Positions 1 through 13,099 of a stretch of DNA of 64,000 nt are shown here, piece after piece. Numbering within the stretch: the first letter of the stretch is position 1; the number at the start of each line of letters is the position of its first letter. This stretch comes from Amphiscolops sp. MND2022 (taxonomy: Eukaryota): positions 67,954,001 through 68,018,000 of the forward strand of contig OZ076409.1 in assembly GCA_964187785.1 (NCBI GenBank), read 5' to 3'. The notes beneath the pieces were generated by a model. It saw nothing but the letters and a program-made list of their open reading frames with translations, was not told the origin of the DNA and did no database searches. The position numbers and the translations under genes are program-made.

Positions 1-73
1 ACTACCATGTGAACAATTTTGACGCCTGCAAATTAAGTACTTCGTGGGCAGGTACCAAAAACACTTTTTAAAA

Positions 74-989
74 ATGAGTTTGCGAAACGCGTGCGTTTCT
101 CTTGAATATCTCTACGAGAACGTCATCAATGACACTGCTGAATTGCGTAAGCTGTCACGCATGCCGAAAACTACATTTTATAGAAATTTGAAGAAAGTTA
201 CTCAATATAGCAAATAGAAAGAAAACCCAGAAGTAGACTACCCCAACCTCTGACTCCAGACGACAAGAGATCAATATGCTAAAGAACCCTCGAAAACCAT
301 CTTTCTTCGACCGCAAAAATAACTCGTGAGTATCGGGAAGCAAGGGATGTTCAAGTATCGATGTCCACACTCTATCGAACTTAGAAGAAGGCGGACATTT
401 CCAACAAAAAAACACGGTAAATTCCATTGTTGACCGATGCCCAGAATTAGAACCGTTTTTCCTTCTGTCAAACTTGGTTGGTCGAAAATTTTTTCGCCAA
501 TGAGTTTATCACCGACGAGTCAACTTTATAGAAACTGAATTTTGCACTGGTCCAAAGGTGAGAAGCCTGTGAAACCTGCACGCAAATTTTGCCCCAAAAT
601 CATGTGGGGTGCTCTTAGCTATCGTGGATTATATTTTGAAAAGTTGTGACCGAGGGACAATTAACAGCCAACAAGATATTGATATCATCAACAACCTCAT
701 TCGTTACGCAGATGGCCTATTTCCAGCTAGGTTGATCCTGCAACAGGACGGTGCAACTCCAAAAAGGATTCAGAGTTTGCAGTGGCCCGCCAATTCTCCG
801 GACCTTGCACCTATTGAGAACGTCTGGGGAATACTTAAAGACGACGTTGAAAAAAACCCTAAAATTTTGCAAGATTTGATCCTGGAATCGGGGTGAAAAC
901 TTACATTCGAACTGCAGAGAAATTTGATGGACTCTATTCCCGACCAATTTCGCCGCTGCATTGCCTCCAGAGGCAGCATTATCGAATGA
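74..989 (+). pseudogene. Decayed Tc1/mariner (DD34E-type) transposase
   Basis: Broken frames give an HTH-like N-terminus from ATG 74, then FITDEST, KIMWGALSYRG, LILQQDGATP and LQWPANSPDLAPIENVWGILK. Several stops and frameshifts. TIRs not located. Confidence 0.9.
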
Positions 990-1499
990 CTTTCTCAAAT
1001 GTGATATGTACATAGAAAACGCTTCCGTTTCATGTGTTTTTGTTACACTTGGTTTGTTGTACGATTCACAATTTGGATATTTACATGTTCCAGTTTTTGG
1101 AAAGGAGTTATACTCTGTGTAAATGACGTTTTGCATTCATAATCGAATGCAAGCGAAGCTCTCGGTGAACAAATACTTCATCTCAAAAGAAGCACTGACT
1201 CATTGCTACTAGAATTGGCTATTGAATGGGACGATGAAGGTCTGCGAAAATAGGGATTTCTATTACCATTCAGTTCATGACCTTCAAAGAACCATTTCTA
1301 AGTGATAGCAAAATCAACCAAATGCAATTTCGATTGGTTCAAAATAATTTTATAACAAGACGCCCGCTGAGGAGCGGGATATTTTCCGCCCCGAACTGTT
1401 CTACAACTACATAAATTTGAGGCTCAAGAATAACTAATGCACTATAAAAACGCAGAGAAGTTCGAAGAAAAGAAAGCTTCGATTCATCTTTGTCCATTT

Positions 1500-1840
1500 T
1501 CTAATTCGCGGTCTATCTCAAAAAAAATGACAAAAATTGCATAAAAACGTTTAAAATGAGAAATTTGGAAATTTTTGTCATTTTCGGGGTTATTTTGCCA
1601 TTAAGGGGTCATTTTGTCATTAAGGGGTCATTTTGTTATTATGGGGTCATTTTCGTCATTTTCGTCATTTTTTAAAAAAAAACTCCAAAAATCTCTACAA
1701 ATACATATCGCACGAAGCTAAATTTATGTGAGTTGAATTTTATGGGTAACACCCTTAAATTTAAATATAAATAAATTCTTGGCAAATTTTGTAAAAAAAA
1801 CCCCGTTTGATTTAAATATTTTCCTTTCCCATATGAAATA
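1500..1840. repeat. Dispersed repeat with internal ~19-bp tandem (cattaaggggtcattttgt); inverted copy at ~9525-9780
   Basis: tacatatcgcacgaagc...tatgtgagttgaatt...ccgtttgatttaaatattttcc is the reverse complement of the 9540-9665 segment. Confidence 0.75.
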
Positions 1841-2097
1841 TGGGCGGAAAATAATAACCTTATTACTTACCCTAATTGACACTGCTGGAAACTTTTACAT
1901 GCTGACAGGCTGCATCTGGTTATTTTTTTTTGAAATTATTCAATTAACGAAGTTTCCGGTGATAAATTGTTGAGAACTACATACACTGCAGTTTCCATTG
2001 TTGCTATCAAAAATGTCGCTAGTTTGCTCTTTATAAAGTGACTGAAATTGCTTTTCATTAAATAGGTAGTGAAATTGACAACATCTCAGTTACGTTT

Positions 2098-2726
2098 AAC
2101 AAGCCGAGACCGGCCCAAGTCGGCGCCATATCCAAGGCTCAAAAATAGCAAAAAGACTTTCAAGTGTCAAGTATTCTCTTTTACAGTACTCGAAAATCGA
2201 AAATTTTACGAAAAAAATTTTTTCGAAAAAACATACTCAAAAAAATGGACCGACCGAGTAGCGCGCTGAAAGGGGGACACTTCCGAAATTGTCAACATTT
2301 TTGTCGCAGTTGAGGGGGTTTTGTCGCAAAACATCAAAAAATTGAAGGAGGGAAAAATTTTTATTTTCGGAAAAAAATCTCACAGTGCCGAAAAAATCTG
2401 AAAGGGGGGACCCTTTGGGATTTTCCATCATCCATTCTGTCGCAAAACAGCAAAAAAATTGAAGGGGGGACCCTTTGAGGAGAAAAAATTTTCCGGAAAA
2501 AAAGTCTCGCAGTGCTGAAAAAAATTGGAAGGGGGTATGGTATGTTACGCGGGAAAACAGGAAAAACCTTTCTGGTTCAGTTCGCTAGACCAAATAGTGC
2601 AATTTGGTGCAATAATATTTTGTAGAACTTTTGTAGAACTATTTTGGTCAGTTCGTGTGGATTGAAAAATAAAGAAAAGCCACTATAATAGTCGCGTTTC
2701 ACTTCATGAAGCGCCGACTAAAAAAA
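2098..2726 (-). mobile_element. DINE-1/HINE-like non-autonomous element, family A
   Basis: Subterminal IR AGTCGGCGC (2118-2126) / GCGCCGACT (2711-2719). Partial extra IR agtcgcg at 2690. Terminal hairpin GCCGagacCGGC (2103-2114) next to the aacaa end. Internal aaggggggaccct repeats. Confidence 0.7.
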
Positions 2727-3299
2727 CAGACATGATTCTTAGAGCAACGTGCGAAATTTCACAGCTTCAAATTGTCGCCAACTTTAGTACGATTCTTTGC
2801 GACAGCTTGATAAAAGTCTGATGAAAAAGAGAACTAACGTTGCATGAACATTCCAATAAGATTTTCACAAATTCGCTATCTGATTGTTGGTGCCCTGTAA
2901 AAACATGTAAACAGTCCAATCAGTTTCAACAAAGGTAACCTTATATCTGTGTCATCAACATCGAATATTTGTAGTAAAAACTTCTTGATCAGAAACAACA
3001 GATTTTAGTAGTTTTTGCTGTAATTTGCCCCTTATAATCCTATACAACTATTTCAGTAGTATCTGGGAATTTCATATTCGCTTTGTTGGTAATTTTTTTC
3101 AATGATCAATTCGCATGAACTTTGTGATCTTACGGAAAAAACTAGTGGCTGTAAATGTCGGACTATTTCTTTTATAGTATATGCCGGCTAAGTGTGCTCG
3201 TTTGCACACTTAGACGGTACCTTCCATCAGAAAAGTGCACGACGTCTACCACAAAATTTATGCGAATGGTCCACTTTCCAACAGAACTTTTGACGACAC

Positions 3300-3695
3300 A
3301 GTCAGTAAGCGCTTGCTGAGACTAAATACCTTTGTTTGCAAAGACCTGAGGTGTCAAAAGGTCCCCCACGGGGTTTTTTGACACCGTCCAATTTTTGTTC
3401 GAAACATTTTTCTTTCCACCAAAGTGTCCCCCTTTCGTTTTTCAAATTCCAAAAAGGCATTCTTCAACAGAACGGGTCCTATTATTGGATTTGGAAATGC
3501 GCGAGATTTTTCGATTTTTTCTTAAAATCCGTTGCGATATTTTTTGATGTTTTTCGAGGCCAAAGCTCGTCGTTTTGGCCATTTTTGTCACAGTTGACGT
3601 CATGAAAATTTTCCAAAAGCCCTGATCATTTTAATTAGACTTTGAGCTTTTCAAGTCTTAAACGGGGCTCTGACTTTAGACGTTCCCGTCTTGTT
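3300..3695 (+). mobile_element. Diverged HINE-like family A copy
   Basis: agtcag...ctgact subterminal IR and end gacgttcccgtcttgtt, the same architecture as 2098-2726 in the opposite orientation. Confidence 0.5.
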
Positions 3696-4283
3696 CAGAC
3701 CTTGTAGCTGTGTAAATTTTGGACCTTTTCAACTCTGGAGATCTCAAGGTCTTTGATTTAGCTTTTTGGCTTTGGCTTTCGGACAAATCGAATCCGCCTC
3801 TTCAATTTTTCTTCTTTAGTGATCTGTCAAAAGCAATAATTTTTGCTTTCATCAATGCTTAAATTTGTGAGGTTTTTGAACCCGAAAATTGCTAGAATCA
3901 ATCTTGGATACTGATAAGTTGTTAAGACACAGCTGAGTTTTGGGACTGTTGTTTTCCGTAAGCTAAGGTTTTCCGAGTAGCAGAGACGTTTTACAAGACT
4001 TTTCCTTGCAAGGTTACTGATCTTTTCAAAAACACAATGTGCGCTTCCATGAAGCATGTAAAAAGTTCCTGTAGTTTCAACTAAAGATCACTTGAAAGGG
4101 TTAAAAGTTTGTGCCAATTTTTGCGACTGATCCATGATGCTAACAAAAAACTAGCTAGTGTAAAGACTTAGCAGATTTAGGTAGCATGAGTAATCTCAGT
4201 GCATTTGACAACTATTTACAGAAAATGTTTCTTTTCTATTTCTACAACACTTATGCGAAAAACTATGAAAATTTTTTTCCTAC

Positions 4284-4501
4284 CTGCCATCACAACGTAA
4301 CTGAAGAGCACAAGAAGGATGAGATTGGATGCGAAGTACAGGATGAATTTAACCACGGGAGTCGTGTAAAACAATTTGAATCGGTCAGCCAATGAAACAC
4401 GACTGCTCACGGCGTTGACGTCACTCTCTGGTTTGTGACTCCTCGCTGAAGTTCCTCCGTTTGTCAGCTCAACCCTAGGAGTGACGTCACTGGGTGTGGT
4501 T
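4284..4501 (-). CDS. TRPM-family channel, coding exon 3 (pre-S1/S1)
   Basis: Acceptor ttcag|, donor GCAG|GTAGG. Encodes RFKLFYTTPVVKFILYFASNLILLVLFSYVVM, matching the TRPM FY.AP.VKF / S1 motif. Phase fits exon 2. Confidence 0.85.
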
Positions 4502-4508
4502 CTGAATA

Positions 4509-4686
4509 CAGTTTAACTTCAGTATTACACACCTCGTTGGGAGAAAACGCTCAAGTATGTTATTCTGAAGTGTGTGTTATAAGCGAAAAAGACCAAATGA
4601 TGAAAACCAAACACGGGGGCACAAAATATGTGCGTTATTCTGAAGGTTACACTATAGTGCACGTGTGTGATACTGAAGTTAAACTG
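4509..4686. mobile_element. 178-bp Tc1/mariner-type MITE with TA target duplication
   Basis: TA|cagtttaacttcagtattacacac ... gtgtgatactgaagttaaactg|TA; ~24-bp TIR with one mismatch. Confidence 0.85.
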
Positions 4687-5338
4687 TATAGACATTGAAT
4701 GTCGAAAATTACACAGTTCATCCAAAAAGCTATTTTCGAAAAGGTGTATATTTTAAAGTATCGTATTATCAAACACGAGTGAGTTAAAAGCGCCAGAAAA
4801 ACAAATTAAGCAAATTGAGTTGAAATCAATAAACTGTATTTTCTCATTTGCAAATAGCTTAAAACAGTTTTTTAACCGAAACTAGTTAAGTGCAATTGCT
4901 TAAAAACTATAAAGGTTGATTTTATAGTTGCTGAGGCTTGGAATTTTTGCTTGATGTGTTGTTTATTTTTTTAAAAAAATAGAGCAACTTGTTAATGCAT
5001 CGTATTGAGGAGAAAACCGATTACTATTCAACTGGAGTGACCGCCATGACTATGAAACTACCAGTCGCTTATGACCGGTCGCTTTTGCCCTGTAACCTTT
5101 TGCTCAAGTATTTATGATTCTCTTCACTCCGAGCCCCAAGCTGTAATTTTCATTACAAGAGCTGTTATAGTTCAACTTTTACGAGTATTCACCATTAGTG
5201 TATTGACTAATGGTGAAGACTTCATTAATAACTATGCATAAATTGTCTAATTCTGTCACGTCGATAACTTGGTTTCCACATGAATACTTAGTTGCGGCAT
5301 TTTATCTCTATGGTATTTTGACACTATGTTAGTTTCAC

Positions 5339-7096
5339 TCTTGGTTTTCTGTCCGCTGGTATCTTGTTCTCAGGTATTTTCCCTCAACCCAGAAACGATA
5401 TACAAACTTGTCAAAACTTTCCCCTTTTCCTTCACTTCTGGCTGACTTCTCTCCATCGTGAGCTTTCTTTCGCGTGTTTTCAAGCTGCTTCTTTTCATTG
5501 GCTAGTTCAGACTTGAACGCTATTGCGAACACAAACACTGGCATAAAAGCAGCTAGTACAATTTTCCACGTCGGGTTTTGGTCACTCAATTTGCCAAACC
5601 AAATGTCCCGAATCAAAATTTGACAAGCACTTTGGGATAAAAACTTCTTAGAATCGGCTTCTTCGGAGATTTCCAAACAAGTTTTGTCACCCCAACTTCC
5701 GTGCTGAACTTTGAGAAGCGTTTGTGATTTCTTGACATTACATGAATTACAAACGTTTAGGACCCCAACTGCTTTGGTTTCGTAGTCTTTCAACATAGCC
5801 TCGATTGAATCTTGATGGTTGATATCAACTTGAACTGAGGATGATCTTAGCATTGATTTGGCGAGCAGAACTGCGAAAAGAGCTCCAGATGTTTTGCAGA
5901 GCATTTCTTCCCAGAAGTAAGCACTCATTTCGTGTCGAGAAAAAAGGAGACTGTAAACAAATAACTCTCGCTCAGGATGCTTAAATTCATCCGTAGCATC
6001 TTCGGTTGAGCTTGTTCTGATTTTGCTCACTTTCAATTCGTTCTTGTTGGCATTTCGATCATCTCTTTGCACGAGTTGGGGACAATACTCAATCCCAGAC
6101 ACCGATAATAGCGCATTTGCAATATCTTCCAAAGTTCTTTCATTTTTCTGACTGTTTCTTTCACTACTTTCTAAAGTTTCGAGGAGATATTTATCGCTCG
6201 ACACCTGCATTGTATCGTTATACAGTTTTTCGAGTTTAGTTTTCGTCAAAAAACTTGCCAAAGAAACTCGCTCAACGAGTAACTTCACGAACGCCAGTTT
6301 GCTGTCAACCAAAGCTTGTTCCAGAAAATATTCCAAATCTTTGAGTTTCAAACTTCTCCTATTCTTGACAATAACTTCTTCAGCCATGTCATCTCGGTTC
6401 CAGAGAAGCGATAGATGAAGCTGAGTCCGAACATCCAAACCTCCCATTTCTAACAGGGTCTTCAAGATGGCTTTATCCAGGTCTCCGGCTGATTCACCGT
6501 CTTCTTCGTCCAGATGAAAGATCCGGATTTGCTTTTTATTTTGGAGACATTCCATAATCCACTTTACGCTTTTAATCAAACCGGCCTCGTCAAGTTTTAA
6601 ATACGATTTCGATTTTTCACGGATAAATTTTTCCAATTTTCGTTTTCGTTTTTCTTCACTAATAGTTTCTTCCTGGTCTAGTTTATTCGAATATTCAACA
6701 GCGTATGATAAAACATTAGCAGCTCTGCCTGTCCCAGCAATTATAATACACGGAGTGCCATTAAACAAAGCATTTCTGACAGTGTCAATAGTTCCAATGC
6801 CTCCTTCGACCATCAAGCAAACAATAGGAACCTCAGTTTCATCCTTAGTCACCCCGTTTTTTCGAACCTCGCCTTCGAATTTGCCTCTTAACCCCTGCTC
6901 TTTTCCAAACTGTTTCTTGGACCCATCATCAACAAAAATGAAGTGGGTATGGTTTGGATCCAGACTTGCGCCGACCAGAGGTTTCTGGTATTGTGCCTCA
7001 AAGACAATGTCAGGTTTATGGTCTATGGGAGGTTTCAAAGACTCCCGGCCTTCTACGGAACCCCAGGTTGCAATACCAATTGTTACAATCGGATTG
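5339..7096 (-). CDS. TRPM-family channel, coding exon 2 (MHR2-4)
   Basis: Acceptor ctaaccttgtttcag|. Motifs IVTIGIATWG, LDPNHTHFIFVDDG, PIVCLMVEGG, LLWNRDDMA, WGDKTCLEIS and CQILIRDIWFG. Phase-2 donor GA|GTGAAA inferred from the exon 3 phase. Confidence 0.9.
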
Positions 7097-7476
7097 CTGA
7101 AACAAGGTTAGGTAATTGAACCAATCAAATGCTTTTTGAACGTATGTTTTTGCGGAAATTTTACCCAGAAAGTCTATAATAAGGTGAAACTCTACATTCT
7201 CGACAAATGGAATTGTTTCATCGAAAAATAACATGTAATGAACCAAGGAATGTTGACAAAAATGTTTTTTCGTAAAATTCTTGAACACCTAATTTGCTGG
7301 CGGAGCTATAAATCAGCGCGTTCTTACAAAAAAGTGGGGGTAAACATGGACTTTTCCGATTTGCATGAAAAAAAGTAAATACATATACATTTATTTCCCA
7401 TTACTAACATTTAAAACATACCGAAAAACTTAGATCTTGAAGAAAATCTTCATCTAAACTAAACATGCTAGGTTAC

Positions 7477-8138
7477 CTTGAGCTAAAAGTGGAAGTTAAT
7501 ATTTGATCTCTCACAGCCTCCCCGCAAATCTTCATAATTCCCGCATTGGTACCGCCTGTGATCAACCAAGCACCTTTAGTACCCGCCACTCTTTGCAGTC
7601 CTTGCTTCAATTTCTCGTGGTCTTTCTTTTTCATTGCAAAATCACAGGCCCCTCCTGTGACTGAAATAATCAGCGAAGGTTTCGACAACTGCCATTTTTC
7701 GTGAACATATTCCACAAGTTGTGAAACATCTACGTCATCATTTATTCGCAAGTAAGGCGAGTTGCTGTGTATTGTGTCTTGGTTTTTGAACCGAATATTT
7801 CCAAAACATCTCCAGGGCATCTTCTGAGTGGAATGGACCGAGTCCCAAATTGCACCAGGGGGTTTGTTTCTGACATCCAGCGGATGATCCATAAACGGCA
7901 ATCCACATTGACAGTCTTGTGGTTTTTTCTTGCTCGGGCAAAACTGGCTGCATTCTTTTTGGTAAAAATTTTGCTCTTTGAGTTTCATACTTGCAAGAAG
8001 CGCAAATTTTTTCATGGCTTTAGATTTGGGTTCGCTAGGTTGATCAAAACCCGCAGAGCCATCAGCTTCATCGGGGTAAATTTTGTTAGAAGTTGTATAA
8101 TTTTGGTCCATTTTCAGGACTTTTTCAGTCAAATCCAT
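7477..8138 (-). CDS. TRPM-family channel, coding exon 1 (MHR1/SLOG)
   Basis: ATG 8138. CSQF...CQCG, PSLIISVTGGA and WLITGGTNAGIMKICGEAV. Donor AAG|GTAACC at 7476, in phase with exon 2. Confidence 0.92.
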
Positions 8139-9959
8139 TCACAGTTACCAAGTGTAATAGGAAAAATCGAAATATCAAGCTATACAACAATTTGTAAAAT
8201 GAGTAAAAGATTTTCAACGCTCCGATAATTTCAAACGTAGCTTCTGGTGACAGACGAATCAGATGATATAAATCGAAGCATGCTCAGTTATTTCTACCAC
8301 TTTTATTTTACCAACACACTTTTTGTGGCAATGACTATTTAAATAGCTTTGAGCTATCTGCAGTGTATAGTCAGTTTTTTCTACTACTGCTCAAATATGC
8401 AAAGACAATCAAGAAATGAACTCAAAGTTGGTAGCTCGCATGAGTGAAATTTCAAAAATTTTGTTTGATTCTGACCAAGATGAAGAAACGTCAATTAAAA
8501 TGTTTTGTATTCAAACTAACTTTATGAAGTGTGCAATCAGTGATTGCACACTTCAAAAAGTAAGTCAATCACAGATAAAACGTACAATTTCATTTACGTT
8601 ACAATAATGTGAAGAGAAATTGAAGATTTAGTTCAACTGAAAAATTAGAAAATAATAATTTAAATCCTATTTCTTTTTGAAAACCCTGTTGAACTCCCTG
8701 TGACATGATTTTTTCCGTTGATCAATTTCTACCCGGGAACAGAGCACAAGGTATTTTTGATAGCAATTTTCGCTGATTCAAAATGAGTACTACTGTTGCC
8801 CGGGTTGGGCAATGATTCAGATCGAGGCTTTTCTGACGCCGTTGTTGGCGACGGTTTTCCAATTGATAGAAAAATTTAATCAGTTAAACAGCATAAGGAC
8901 TCTTCAATCAAACTTTATATCTTGGTAACAGAAAGTTGTCATGTCTAACAATGTAAATCTGCATAGATGTTGATTTTTGTTGACTTCATTTCAGATTTTT
9001 TCAGGCCAAAAAGGATTTTACAATAAAATTTTTCTTGGGAACATGGCTCTTGATGAGATCTTACCATGGCAAAATGAATACCATGTCAAGATCTTAGCCA
9101 AGATTGTTCCAAGATCTTGCCAAGATCTTACTAAGATATCCACGGAGGGCCAACCGGGTGGGTGGCTATGACGTATATATAATGAAATAATCCATTTATA
9201 ATGTCAAATATAACGTTTTTTTAGCCCCTTGCCAAGCGGAAATTGCGGTTTTAGAACCCAGCTAACGCCAAGGTTATTGCATTTACTCTTTTTGATATAA
9301 CGATAATATATTAGAAAACTCGCATTTAGCGCTTTCGATTTACCGCAATGAATGTCCTGGAGCATATTTTAAAAACTGTTTTGTTGAACCTTAAGCGGGG
9401 CGCCAATTTTGGGTTGTTCCCGACGTCATTCCCAGTTTCAACAATGATTTTTGTGGACCCAAAATTGAACTAAAATTTCAAACTCGCTACTACGTGGAAA
9501 CGCAGGTATGATTACTATGTTCATATTCCATATGAGACAGGAAAATATTTAATTCAAACGGTTTTTTTACAAAATATTCAATGTTCCAAATTTATCTCCA
9601 AATTGAAAGGTGTCACTCGCAGAATTCAACTCACATAAAATAGGCTTCGTGCGATATGTATTGGTAGAGGTTTTTGAACTTTTTTGGGTATGACCAAAAT
9701 GACCCAAATTGACCCCTAAAATGACAATTTTTTATGCATTTTTTGTCAAAATCTCGATAGACTTCGTGGATTAGAATGTTGAAAACGTTCAACAAGGAAA
9801 GAATTGGTTGTCCAGTGACCTTTTATGATGAGATAAATGCAATTTTTGAAAAGAAAGAAAAATGACCCCAAAAATGACAAATAGAAGCCGATTTAAAAAA
9901 TCAGCAGTTTTTAGACTACTAATTTTATCAGTATAATCACATTATGAGAGAGAAAAGAA

Positions 9960-10335
9960 GTTAATTTCCCCATTACCGCGGGGTGGACGCCGAATAAGCA
10001 GATCTGCTTTTCTAAGTCGGCGCCCTTTCGGATACTATCTCCCCATAGCAAGCTATGGTACCATATTTGCAGCCAAGTGGTCAAGTAATGGTGGACTTGA
10101 AGCTGTGGTTTCAAAGTAACTTGCTCAAGGTCACAAAGGTCTGACTGCTCACCGTTGCTCTTTTTGTTTTTTTTTGCTTTTCTCCGCCAAATGCGTTATT
10201 TTTTGTCATTGACCATACCACTAAGCTAGGGATGAAGGACTTGCTTAAGGACCAACAATGGTGAGTTGAGAGAGATTCGAACCTGATACCGCCCCAGTAC
10301 AGGCCGAATGCTCTAACCACTACGCCATGCTCCCC
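9960..10335 (-). mobile_element. tRNA-derived SINE (possibly two nested pieces)
   Basis: Head ggggagcaTGGCGTAGTGGttagagc...GGTTCGAATC (A and B boxes), followed by gtccttaagcaag and tgaccttgagcaagttac motifs like those of CORE/Meta-type SINE bodies. Confidence 0.7.
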
Positions 10336-11369
10336 ATTGCCCGAACTATGATCGCATTCTTGAATACGTCTTTGACTCAGCGAAAATCATGGTCCAAATT
10401 ATTTCATGCAATAGAACATACGCATGTACGTGCAGAGAGCATGCGTTCATAGCTTCAAGAGCATATAACTACTGATTTTGCTTGAATTGTTATCAATTAT
10501 AGCCGTCAGCTCATGACCGTCAGTTCTTTTATATCATTACACGTTATAAATTCATAATTGTGTAGTTATTAACTTGTTAAGTATTTGATCAGCAGTTTCA
10601 GGTCATGCTAGTTGTACACTTGAGGTCTTTGCTTCATCAGAGATACAAATGATTTTCTGTTTAACAAAGTCGAGGATTCCCAAACAGTATAAGAGCCAAT
10701 AACATAAAATTTAAATTAGTTTCACAATTAATAAGTTTTTAGTTGGCGAATTTTTCAAAAACAGTCAAATTTTCCGAACAAAATTTGATGGAAAATTTTT
10801 TTGGATTTTTGTCTAGTTTATATTCCTTTAATTTTGTAAGTCTTTACTCCGAAATGGAGGATGAATTTTCGGGATCTATCCAAAAATCTGGTGCTTAAAC
10901 TTTAAACCGCAATATCTGGCTCCGGACTGCACGCATCGTGTCTCTGACTGCATTCCAGCATGTTTCAAAACATGCTAGTGCCACTTTGACCCAATCTTGA
11001 TACCAGTGGGATAAAAGGGCCAGAAACGAAAACTGGAAAAACGGAAAATCTGCTCTCAATTTTTTTTCTGATTTTTTTGGAAGCATTTTCATGATTTCGG
11101 AGACATAATGTCAATATTCCGTGAAATGGCGTGCAATGCTATGTAAAATCCCCAATATTTGTAATAGAAGTTTCAAACGAACACGAATGTAAATTAGATT
11201 AAATTTTGAGAAACTTTTATCAAAGACATTTCTCTTGAATATCAATAGTTTCAGAGGTAGGAGCAGAGACTTGAAGTGTTCCAAACATTATTATCAATTA
11301 GGGTTCCATCCTTTTATCACAGGACTGTACTTATACGCGATTCTGACCACGATGGGAATATAGCAACGT

Positions 11370-11460
11370 CCCCTACCTCCAGTGTCCTAAATGCAAGAAC
11401 GAAGCGAAACGGAGCGACATGCCAATACTGGTCCAGCGGCTGGTTTGGCAAAGGCCGACC
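11370..11460 (+). repeat. Short dispersed repeat (gagcgaagcgaagcggagcgac family); closer copies at ~30270-30380 and ~59730-59825
   Basis: Shared atgcaggagcgaagcgaagcggagcgacgtgcca core; the latter two copies are nearly identical over ~95 bp. Confidence 0.7.
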
Positions 11461-12558
11461 AGGTTTGCTGTGAAATTGTGATAAACGAATCTCATTTCGT
11501 TTTATGTTACATGCTTTCTTGCTATTTGGTACGTAATCTTTTCAAACAATTTTTTGTTAGATATTCCTCGACGAACCAAAGACATGAACTCCTCTGTGAC
11601 AAATTCGATATATATATGAGTGATAACTAGTGGACTCTTTTTGTAACAAAAAGTGCCAGATTCTCACAGTGGCAAGTATTTTTTCGTCAGACCCCAGACA
11701 TCACAGTATATGGTTGCTATTTTACAAACGTTTTACGCCATTCCAAAGGGTACCCAATGAGACCGAAAGGTACTCCTTTGAGTATTTTATAGTTATACTA
11801 GGGTTACCTTATATTTTTATAGGTTTACTAGGGTTGCACTAGGTTTTTTCTCAAAACATTCATTTTATCCAATGGTCTCCCTTCAATTTTTTTAAAAATA
11901 TGTTTTCACTTGAGAAAAAACATGTTTATAGGGCCTAAAAGGTGCCCCTTTGCGTTTTTCAGTATCTGCGGCATTCTTCGAAAGAAATTGGTTTTTCTCT
12001 TTGGATGTTTTCAGTTAGAGAAAAGGGTGTTCCAGCCCAAGGGGCGCCTTTCCAAATTTTCACACTCTGAAATCTGAAAATTTCATAAAAACCATCCTCA
12101 GAATTTTCATCGGACTAATTTTTTGAGCCTTAAGCGTGGCGCCAATTTGAGCTGGTCTTTTTGAATTATTAGAACGTGATGTGAAAAAAAGTTTTAAGGG
12201 CTGCGATGAACTTTGACCAATTTCCCATCTTGACACATCTTTACTAGTTTTTCAACCTAACATTACTGGTACTTACTAGTAACAATAAAAACACTTTCGT
12301 TTTAGTCAATTTTTGGACTTTTAGGTCACGAAAATCGTACCGTTTTGAGGTAATTACGCGTTCTTTTCTGTGCGCTTGTTAAATTTTATTGTATAAATTC
12401 TTCGTTCATTCAAAAAGATGGAAAGCAATTTCATGTTTTCTAGCAACTTTGACAAAGTCATGTTTTTATTGAGCAAGCGGTAAAGTTTATAAAATCAAAG
12501 CTGGATGCTTGAAGCTCACCATAAAAGCAGAATGAGCACCAACAACAACAACAACAAC

Positions 12559-13039
12559 AACAAGCCGGGAGAGGCCCAAGTCTGCACCATATACAAAGCC
12601 CAAAAATAGCAAAAGGACTTCAAGATGTCAAAGTGTTGGGAGTTGGGGACCCTGTCATGGAAAAAAATTGAATAAAAGTCACACAATCCCAAAAAACTGA
12701 AAGGAAGGACCCTTCGAGATTTTTCGACATCCATTCTGTCGCAAAACTCCACAAAAATTGAAGGGGGACCCTTTCGTGGAAAAAAATTCGAAAAAAAGTC
12801 GCACAACGACGAGAGAAAACTGAAAGGGGGATACTTTTTAGTCTCGCCCGGTAATGTATGTTACGCGGAAAAGAAGAAAAACTTTTTTGGTTTAGTTCAT
12901 TGGTCAAACAGCTGAATTTCAAAATTGTGTAGAACTTTTGGTAGAAATTTTTTGGTCACATCAGGTGTATCGAAAAAAAACAATGACGAAAAACCATGAC
13001 TAGAGTCGGCTTTTTTCAAAAACAGCGCCGACTAAAAAA
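12559..13039 (-). mobile_element. HINE-like family A copy preceded by an (AAC)n tract
   Basis: aacaagccgggagaggcccaagtctgcacc ... agtcggc...gcgccgactaaaaa, colinear with 2098-2726. Confidence 0.75.
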
Positions 13040-13099
13040 CGAATGACCTTGTTCTGATCAGATTTTTCGAAATTCCAAAAAGTGCATGTTTGAATTTTC

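Noticed and set aside
10260..10335. Functional tRNA gene
   Set aside because: No acceptor or anticodon stem pairing, and it continues into a SINE body.
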